Made by a program: the position numbers and the translations under genes | Notes under the pieces: model-generated | The model's input: only the letters and a program-made list of their open reading frames with translations | The model's database searches: none | Told to the model about the DNA's origin: nothing | In this document: positions 45,461 to 55,500 of the stretch, in pieces | Position numbering within the stretch: the stretch's first letter is position 1 | Layout: every line of letters begins with the position of its first letter | NCBI RefSeq assembly: GCF_000002075.1 | Contig: NW_004797915.1 | Location: forward strand, 146,815 to 210,814 | DNA length: 64,000 bases | Origin: Aplysia californica | Lineage: Eukaryota | Direction of reading: 5' to 3'

Positions 45461-47107
45461 TCAACATATTCCTGCCAAATTGGCCAAAGAATGAGTGTCA
45501 TTTCGCGGAATTTCAGCTGCTGTGCAAGTTTTGCTTGGCCTCGGGCTTACAGCACGTCTCGCCTCGTCGTGCCCAGTTGCTCTGGACTATTACACCTTTA
45601 AATTGTAAAAATAAACAAAATACAATGACATGTAAAGCGTTTGTATTTTGTTTATTATATTACACCTTTAAAAATAAACAAAATACAAAGACATGTAAAG
45701 CGTTCGTTCTGTGTTATCAGTCCTTCGCGGCACTGTCAGACAGATTCTGCTTCTTAACGGACGTCATCCTCTTTATACCCCTCTCCATTTTCAAACAGTG
45801 CTCTTCTCTACTTTCTTCCCTCCTACGTCCCAACCACTTTTTTCTCGCTAACTGTGTCCTTGCTCGCACCACAATTTTTAAGCAACTCCCCTTCCACACG
45901 GGAATGCACGCAAGTGGGTGGGGAGGGGGTGTGGGGCACGCTGGGTTCAAGGAGGTGGAGCGGGCCTGGGGAAGGGACGAGGAGAAAGAGAAAATAACCG
46001 AATGATTGATAGACAGGAAAAGGTATTGGGGGGGGGGGCTATCTGATTAGAACTGTTCATTTATTTTAAAACTTTATGTAATTATAGTTGTTTTTTTAAT
46101 CAAGAAAGATTGGCAAAATAATATGAAGAAAACGGTGGTCACATTAACAGAAAATTACCAAACAGACGGGAGAAATAATCTTTCAAGATACATATTATTG
46201 TACTAAACGAATTAAATATGATAAGAAATGGTGAGAAACAAAGTACATGTACATGTACTCTAAAATCTATTGAATTTAAAAGGCAATGATTGCACAATTT
46301 TAGCTAGGCTAGTGTCATACTAGCTTTATGTATTTATAATAAGGGTGAAAGTGCGTGCCTTTTCCATATGAAAAGCGAACAAAAGCGAGAGTCGATGTCA
46401 TCTTTATCAGTTTGACATAATTTGTCTTGGTCTGTGAGTGATATTATTGATCAGTGTGACAATTTGTTTCCTGTTTTTCACAAAATGGAGACCCGTCCCA
46501 ATAACTCATCACATTGTGTTGTGAACATACTTATATCAAGATACACTTTTGTACATACCCCCCCCCCCCCACACACACACACACATAATCTACTTCACCA
46601 TCCTACTTTATATTATATAATATATAATACATTATATAGCTGCCCGCGCTCACCAGACAGAAGGGGGATAACTCCAAGGACCTGAGAACAAAAGCACTGA
46701 CGAAATCGCATTCGTTACATGTATTATGTGACCCCGTCTGACTCGGCCTTGTTGGCCTTATACAGGGTGCCCATTGGGGATGGCCTCACTCGTCGCCTGA
46801 AAACAATTTAAAAGCGTTTGTTTTTGAGTCGACAAGTCGGGCTGGATCATCTTTTACGCCATGATAGCCGCTTTGTGCCCTCAATTTGGCTAGCTAACCG
46901 CCCCGACCAGACTCGATTCCCCCGTAATGGGCACCCCGAATTCTACCTACCGAATCATGCCTTGCTGTAAGCTCAGGCAGTAGGCTGAGAGGCTCATGTA
47001 ATCAACGCCAGCTTTATTAAAAATTTAGAGTAAAGTAGGCGTTGCTCATATTGCAAGTTCGATGTTTGGAGATATCAAAGGCGTCGATGAGTTCACACCT
47101 GGCGTAA

Positions 47108-47625
47108 GGGCGAAAACATAGAGAACGCGGATTTCGGAGACTGACTCAGTAAGCGCCAATAGGTATAAAAATGCCCTTATGATTCAATGCATGATTTCCA
47201 ACCTGCCCCACACAGAGCTGGCAGACCGCAGGCGGCTTAAAGCTCGGATCAGCGTTGTCGGCTTTATCAGAATCCAAACTACATTCTCATTACGCCGAAA
47301 AACTGGGAAGGGCGTCTTGCTGTCAACACGCGACCTCAGTGCTTTCTTGTCCTATCTCCATCAGTAAAAATATGACTTCTTCCAAAGCTCACTCTTTGTT
47401 GTGAACTGCTTTCATTGTTATAAAAGATGGAGATGCGCTTCAAACGCGGGAAGAATATGTCATGAAAGAAGCTGCACGAAGACAACCTTGAGACCATCTT
47501 AACCTAAATTGACCGTCTGCATAGACGAAAAGAGCCATATATGTGGAGTCAAGCAGACTCCTACTGACGCCTGTCAGCGTTGATCTTCAGCCGGTTAAGT
47601 TTCAGCGTTCTCTATGTTATCGCCC
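47108..47625. mobile_element. PIF/Harbinger-type MITE
   Basis: TIRs GGGCGAAAACATAGAGAACGC / GCGTTCTCTATGTTATCGCCC with TAA on both sides. Confidence 0.8.
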
Positions 47626-47996
47626 TAAGGTCCTTCATACGTCTGGGGTGGGACGTGCGTCTCGGTCTGGGGCATCGGAGTAGGATCTTAGGGGTGACTT
47701 TTGTGTTTGTGTGTGTGGGGGTGGGGTGGGGGTGTTAAACTGCGGAATCTTAAGTGAACCAGGATCATGAAGGGTGGTATCTTAGTAGGAGACTACTATA
47801 ACAGGGCCTAATAGATTTAAACCTGTTAGAGTTCTATCAAATGAGACTCAAACTCTTTTCTACCGCCCCCCCCCCTCCTCGTCTGATAAGGTTTGGTGTC
47901 GTTTTTAATATACTTTCTTTAAGAAGTTATCATCATTGTTGTTAGTCAGGTAGGTCTACTGATTTCATTTCATGTTTTAAAAAAAATATGGAGTCG

Positions 47997-48030
<34 letters not shown>

Positions 48031-49233
48031 TTAGACAAGATGGATGGACTTTGAAATATAAGAATAAAGATAACTGATTTAACCCATCTAAGGTATCAAA
48101 GAAGCCCCCCCCCCCCTCCCGCTTATTAATTTTCTTTTTTTTTGCGCACCCACAGCTCCTTATTCCACACCCACCGTTTATTATTTTCCAGCTTGAAACG
48201 ACTGATGTTCATGTGAAACATTATTAAAAATATCTNNNNNNNNNNNNNNNNNNNNNNNNNNNNNNNNNNNNNNNNNNNNNNNNNNNNNNNNNNNNNNNNN
48301 NNNNNNNNNNNNNNNNNNNNNNNNNNNNNNNNNNNNNNNNNNNNNNNNNNNNNNNNNNNNNNNNNNNNNNNNNNNNNNNNNNNNNNNNNNNNNNNNNNNN
48401 NNNNNNNNNNNNNNNNNNNNTCAGTATTAGTTTTGCACCGATACCGGGTTGGCTACCTCAATTTTATGTGCATTTTAAAAACTTTTGTACATTGGTTTAT
48501 ATTTCTTAACGAAACTGGTTTGTTCCTAAATGGGAAAAGTTGTCACAGTAACTAAGGCCCTACTAAAATCACCAAAATGTAATTATCTCTTGTTCTTTAA
48601 TTCCCTGTCGGAGTAATAAAACAGATTTGTTTCTACTAGTACAGGGGTAGCCTGAGGTTGCATGTGGACCACTTGCCCCCCCCCCCCACACACACACGTT
48701 TGCCCCCCCCCCCAACCCATTTTATTCGATAGTCCTACTTTAGAGTATGAAAGCAAGATACACGAAGAGACCTTGACTCGAGATCTTGTCCCAGCAAAAT
48801 ACAGGTTTGCATAGCATAATTATGCAGACACAATGGAAAACAATCTACACATTGACAGATAAAAAAAATTTAAATCAGGTATCTCCTGTCTTTCTGTTGG
48901 GGCGTTGCATTTATTATGCACACAAAATGGAAAACAATCTACGCATTACATTTACAATTGGTTTTTAAAATTTAAATCGAGCATCTCGGTCTTTCTGTTG
49001 GGGTGTTGTACTCTTAAATGCAACACAAGTGGAAAGCATTTTTACTACAGACTTCCCCAATCTTTAGAAAAAAACATCAGAATAAAACCTTCTGGCGTAT
49101 GCAATGTAGGGCCTAGATTTATGTAGCTTTCAATGCGAGAGTGGGCAGCGAGGGTCAGGCAGCGCGCTACTCAAGTTGACCATAGTTCCGCGGCGAAGGA
49201 CGTGCTTCTATTAGGCTAGGCATGGGTTGCCGC

Positions 49234-49269
49234 CACAGAATTCTACACTTAGAAGTGTAGAATTCTGTG
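49234..49269. mobile_element. 36-bp TIR-only mini-element with 8-bp TSD (P/hAT-like)
   Basis: CACAGAATTCTACACTT-AG-AAGTGTAGAATTCTGTG flanked by GTTGCCGC twice; related copy at 43804-43849. Confidence 0.75.
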
Positions 49270-49509
49270 GTTGCCGCCCACAGAGCTGCCTTCATTTACT
49301 ATAGCCTTACCAGCGAGTATAAGCCTACTCTCTGCTATTTGGCCTACGGCCTACCAGAGGCTATAAATTATAATTTTAAGTCTCTGGGTCTACCCCTTTT
49401 GACAAAACCACATTGACCATAGTGTAGCCTAGATTGAGCCGAACGAGGTTTTCGGTTCGGGGCACACCCTGTCGCAAGTGACCCAAAAAACTGGCAAGTT
49501 TTCATTTCT

Positions 49510-49561
49510 TTAATGACGCACTTCCGTTTTTCAGTCCTTTCCGCCGACTGTCTACTCCAAG
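49510..49561 (+). promoter_or_regulatory. RPL10A: RPL10A core promoter, TCT initiator and 5'TOP leader
   Basis: TCCTTTCC at 49535-49542, about 25 nt before the ATG, is the pyrimidine initiator typical of ribosomal protein genes; TGACGCA (CRE-like) and CACTTCCG (ETS/GABP-like) lie just upstream. Confidence 0.75.
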
Positions 49562-52500
49562 ATGAGGTGTGTATTTTAGTCACTGACCAAATCTTTCACA
49601 ATCTTTGAGTTTTTAATGGTTTTCTGTCCCATGTTTAAGCATCTTAGTTCTTCCATATATATATTTGCATCTGACATTGTTCTTTTGACTAAATTTTCGT
49701 TAGATATTAAAAATTAAATGAAAGACTAAGACTCCTGTGGCCACTCTTACATGGCACAGCAATGCTGTGGACTGGGTGTTTCCTAATTTGTCTTAGCCTA
49801 AGACATTGCAATACCACTGTTTAGTATAGCGTATAGGAACATTAGCAAAGAATGACTTCAGCTGTTTCTAGTAAATATAGATTCTAGATCTAGATCTAGT
49901 ATTAATGTACGAAATGGAAACGACCAATTGTTAAATCAAAAGAAAGTGCAAACATGAAAAATTTGGTGCTTTTTCGGCGGTAGTTCCCACCCCCCTTATT
50001 TTACTTTTACTTGAGCCCCCTCGCGGCATACCGTCACCTTAGTGTGTACTTGTTGCTACAGGCAGGCTGGTATCCCAGCTGTTAGCCTATAAATTATGAT
50101 GATAATAGATCTAGATCTAGATTCTAGATCTACCCATTACTTTGGGCCTACAACTTTTGCGCCTTGTCTGCTTATTTTGGGTGTGGCACTTGAATTGGGA
50201 TAATCTGGTTGACCGCAATGAATGAATCAATGAATGACTTCTATTACTACCCTACTGTCACTAATGTCCTTACTATCCTACAATCTTACCCCTATCCTTT
50301 ACTCCAATCCTAACACACGAGTTAAAGGTTAAGCACTATTGATATTTCGGGAGGAGTTCCGCAGAGGTCTGGCCCTTACCGTGACAAGCCTTGTACAAGT
50401 ACAAGGTCCACACTGCTGAGCAAACTATACAAGAGTTTTGGGGTTAGGGAATACCCTACTCAAAATATCCCCTCTTTTGTATGTTGTTTTTGGGCCAGCC
50501 GTCTGTGGAACTCCTTCCAATATTTCATTTGGCTACTCTCGGGACCAAAACCGGAATATGCCTTGCACTCGAGACAGGAGTTCAGCAGAGGGCCGGCCGA
50601 ACCAACAGCACATAAAAGAGGGGATATTTTGAGTGGGGTGTACCCTTCCCCCAATTCTTGTATTGTTTGCTCAATGGACCTTGTCATGGTATGTGCAGGC
50701 TTTCTGCGGAACTCCTGCCCTCGAAGCAAAAATCAGTATGACCAGGTGTGAATTGACTAGGCCTATATTAGGAGGCTTGGCCTATAGAAATTTTGTTGTT
50801 ATAGGCTTGGGGCCTGCTCTATAGACTATAATAGACCTTAAAGCGTACAATCACGCTTTTTGTTATTGTACTTTTAAAGATTTCTACCTTGTTGTCACCA
50901 GGGTTTTTAAAAATGATTGGTTTCATCAGATCAACAGATTCTAATGGAAGATAGCCTGCGTGGAAAAACTTCCGTAACAAACACAAAAAAAAGAGCCCCT
51001 AGGCCTCTATTCTACAGTGGAGCTCGGGTTCAACGAGATGAGATAGATTCCCCGTTTCTTTTTCCTTCTTTAAAATCAATAAAAATAACCCGGGTTCAAC
51101 GAGGTGGCTTCGAGGGTGAACAGCCCCTCAGACGTGGCTTCGCTCTTTTTTCTCCCAGAACGAACTTTATATCTATTCCTGGGGCACTAGCGGTCCGGGC
51201 GTTGAACGTTGCAGACACAAACACGTCAGTCTTTTTTCCCCCCCTCGGCAACTGATCATTAATACGTCAGTAATACGATGATAAGCTAGTCTTTAAGTAA
51301 ATCTACGTAATGAATTGTGCGCTGGTCTATGGAATCAAAAGTTGCCATATATACTAGGCTCTACACAGCAACACACTTTTGGTAAACAATTGAGGGGACA
51401 CAGGCGTGTGCATTTAATTGATTTAAACTCTTTTTTTTTTTTTTTTTGGACAGCTTATGATATGCAGGCATTTCTGGCACTACTTGTGACTTCCCTTTAT
51501 ACATTACTTGCTCAGTGCCAGTAATTATCTACACAAAACCTTGTGTTTGCTGTAACGGGGACTCGGATTCGAGATTTTAGGTCAGGCCCGGCGACCTCGT
51601 TGAATCCGAGTTCCACTGTACTCTGTCTCATAGTGGTCGCTTATTACGGAAGTCCTCTCTCCACTGTACTCTCTCTCATAGTGGTCGCTTATTACGGAAG
51701 TCCTCTCTCCACTGTACTCTCTCTCATAGTGGTCGCTTATTACGGAAGTCCTCTCTCCACTGTACTCTNNNNNNNNNNNNNNNNNNNNNNNNNNNNNNNN
51801 NNNNNNNNNNNNNNNNNNNNNNNNNNNNNNNNNNNNNNNNNNNNNNNNNNNNNNNNNNNNNNNNNNNNNNNNNNNNNNNNNNNNNNNNNNNNNNNNNNNN
51901 NNNNNNNNNNNNNNNNNNNNNNNNNNNNNNNNNNNNNNNNNNNNNNNNNNNNNNNNNNNNNNNNNNNNNNNNNNNNNNNNNNNNNNNNNNNNNNNNNNNN
52001 NNNNNNNNNNNNNNNNNNNNNNNNNNNNNNNNNNNNNNNNNNNNNNNNNNNNNNNNNNNNNNNNNNNNNNNNNNNNNNNNNNNNNNNNNNNNNNNNNNNN
52101 NNNNNNNNNNNNNNNNNNNNNNNNNNNNNNNNNNNNNNNNNNNNNNNNNNNNNNNNNNNNNNNNNNNNNNNNNNNNNNNNNNNNNNNNNNNNNNNNNNNN
52201 NNNNNNNNNNNNNNNNNNNNNNNNNNNNNNNNNNNNNNNNNNNNNNNNNNNNNNNNNNNNNNNNNNNNNNNNNNNNNCCCAGAACGAACTTTATATCTAT
52301 TCCTGGGGCACTAGCGGTCCGGGCGTTGAACGTTGCAGACACAAACACGTCAGTCTTTTTTCCCCCCCTCGGCAACTGATCATTAATACGTCAGTAATAC
52401 ACGATGATAAGCTAGTCTTTAAGTAAATCTACGTAATGAATTGTGCGCTGGTCTATGGAATCAAAAGTTGCCATATATACTAGGCTCTACACAGCAACAC

Positions 52501-55500
52501 ACTTTTGGTAAACAATTGAGGGGACACAGGCGTGTGCATTTAATTGATTTAAACTCTTTTTTTTTTTTTTTTTGGACAGCTTATGATATGCAGGCATTTC
52601 TGGCACTACTTGTGACTTCCCTTTATACATTACTTGCTCAGTGCCAGTAATTATCTACACAAAACCTTGTGTTTGCTGTAACGGGGACTCGGATTCGAGA
52701 TTTTAGGTCAGGCCCGGCGACCTCGTTGAATCCGAGTTCCACTGTACTCTGTCTCATAGTGGTCGCTTATTACGGAAGTCCTCTCTCCACTGTACTCTCT
52801 CTCATAGTGGTCGCTTATTACGGAAGTCCTCTCTCCACTGTACTCTCTCTCATAGTGGTCGCGTATCTCGCCTATGTAGTTCACACCGTTGAACACTTGT
52901 TGACTGGTTGGTTTTCAAGTTTTTTTTAACCTTTTCTTTTCTTCTCAATGTTCTGGTTTGCAGTACCAAGATCAACAGGGACTCACTGCGTGAGTCAATC
53001 GAGAACATTCTCAAGTATTCCAATGAGACGAAGAAACGCAAGTTTACCGAGTCCATCGAGCTTCAGATTGGCCTGAAGAACTATGATCCCCAGAAGGACA
53101 AGCGTTTTGCTGGAACTGTCAAGTAATGCCTTGAAAATTATTTCTTTTTACCCACTTGGCAAATGTGTTTACACAGCCTTCTCATCCACAAAAAAACCTA
53201 GGCTATCTTTAATGTCTAGCCTAAAAATAAAATCTGATTTGAGTACACTGGCGTTGAAAAAATCACATTTGCCATTATGGGAAGTTGACAGTAATGTCAA
53301 CGGGACCTCACCCAGGGTCTAAAAAACTTGGGTAGGTAGGGTCTTTGAAGGCCCTGCCGACCATGTGCTTTTTCAAGGCATGATCGGTGATTTGGTAAGA
53401 CCACTGTCACATTTTATTTTCGTTCTGTTTGAAGTTAATGTGTGTGATACAAAATAACATTACTTAGAGCAGTATAAATTTAATGGGGGAAACAACAGCA
53501 CAAAGGATAGGTCATCCACAGTTTGAGCCAGTTCAGATCGCATCACCTTCAGACCCACTTTTCTACTGATAAAGGCTGTTTCTCTATGGCCCATTTTATA
53601 ATTTTTGTTCTTTTGTGGGGTCGGGAAGATCTGGTTTTCACTGATTCTTTCCAGGGATCAGTTTAAAGATAGAAGCATTGTTGTTTGAGGTTCAATAATA
53701 ATATAAGCAAATAATTTGAAGATGCTAGATTCTTGAAATTTAGGTTGATTGTTAAATTTAGGTCTGCGTTTTTTAATGGCGTTACCTCGTAAGACGCCGT
53801 AAGTGTTTTATTTATGCACTTGTCCATAAATCTTTTTTCTCAAAATGTTTTACACCATGTCTGCCAAAAAGTGCATTTAATTGTGCAGAAAGGCTAAACA
53901 CTAAACATTCTGTTAAGTATGAACGTTTTGCCATGGAGAAAGGATGTTTCATGATTTCTAAAAGTGTTTTGTCCCCTTCTGCTTTTATATTGAGTTTGCT
54001 CTTTTTTCATCAGACTCCGACATATTCCCAAGCCCAAAATGAAGGTGTGCATTCTGGGTGATCAGGTGCACTGTGATCAGGCCAAGGCAAACAACTTGCC
54101 ACATATGGATATTGATGCTCTCAAGAAATTCAATAAAGACAAAAAGTTGGTGAAGAAACTAGGTATGTTTTGTTTTGTATACAATTAGGGTATGGAGGTG
54201 TGTGAATAGCTTTTTTCCTTGATGTTGGTTTCTGTAACAGTTTTCTAGTGCCTTGGCAATCGATGATGCTAAAAAAATAAGCATGTATTACCTTACTTTT
54301 GAACGTGGTGAAAACTTTACTGAGATTGCCAACGCTGCGAGCCGTCTGGTTTTGATTTGTGGGGAGTGGTTTCTAGGTGCTTCACTTGGGTACTTGGGTT
54401 GTTTTTCTCATAATACTTCATTGATTGCTCACCCTAATGCGTGTAGAATATGGCTTTGAAAAGGGGGGATTATTTCATAGTATTGTGTGGATGAGTTTTC
54501 CATGCACTCCCATCTTTGCATATTGTGTGAAATAACTTATAAAGATTAAACTTGCCCCCTGCCTGTTGTCAGGAAAAATTGGATCGTCAGCTCATAGAGA
54601 CACAGAAAAGATCAGTGGGGCACTGTTCCCTTTGAATTTGTTCTTCATATCTGAGTGCTTCTTAGTTTTATTTTTGGTGTTTTTTAGAGCACTCGCAACT
54701 AAGTACAGTCATATGAGTGCACGAGACACTTTACTTATTCAGTTTTGTAGGAATTAAGAATTTTTCCCTGGTGGTGGCTGAAGCCTGCACTTGTCTATTT
54801 TAGAACCACCAAGGGATCTTTAACGTGCGCAACTTGCACACGAGACCTCCAAGATTTTTCAGTCTTTTAGCATGGTAGACTTGGAACTTTGATATTGTTT
54901 GGGTAAATTAATTTTTCTTCTTTTAACAGTTTGTTTGAGCAGGAAGATGATCAATTCTTTCAAGAAAATCGTTATGTAAACTTGATATGTCTCTCTTACA
55001 AATTTGTGATTGATTTGTCCACAGCCAAGCGCTATGATGCTTTCCTGGCTTCCGAGTCCCTCATTCGTCAGATTCCCAGAATTCTGGGACCTGGTCTGAA
55101 CAAGGCTGGCAAGTTCCCTGCCCCTGTTGTCCACGGTGACTCTCTTATTGGAAGGATCGAAGAAACCAAGGCCACCATCAAGTTCCAGATGAGAAAGGTT
55201 TGTTTTCTCCTCAGACCTAGATACGCCACTTGTCCGATGATTTTACACTCGTGACTGACTGCCCTGTTGTATTCTCCACAAACTCGCAATGGAATTCTCC
55301 AAAGTGGAGCCTGAATATAGACGTTGGTCGCTTCCATATATATCGGTGATCTTTCTAATTATCATAACAATAAAAGGAAGGATTAAGTAGGGTTAGATCC
55401 TGTGGTTTTGTTAGACCATGAGGATGGAAAAAAAAGAAAGTACAAGTAGAACTGACAAGACCTTTTTTTTTTCTTCTAAATTAGACAAAAAAATGTTCTC

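Noticed and set aside
51154-52862. ~600-bp duplication in RPL10A intron 1
   Set aside because: Near-identical copies flank an N gap and end in a 48-bp tandem array; likely an assembly artefact.
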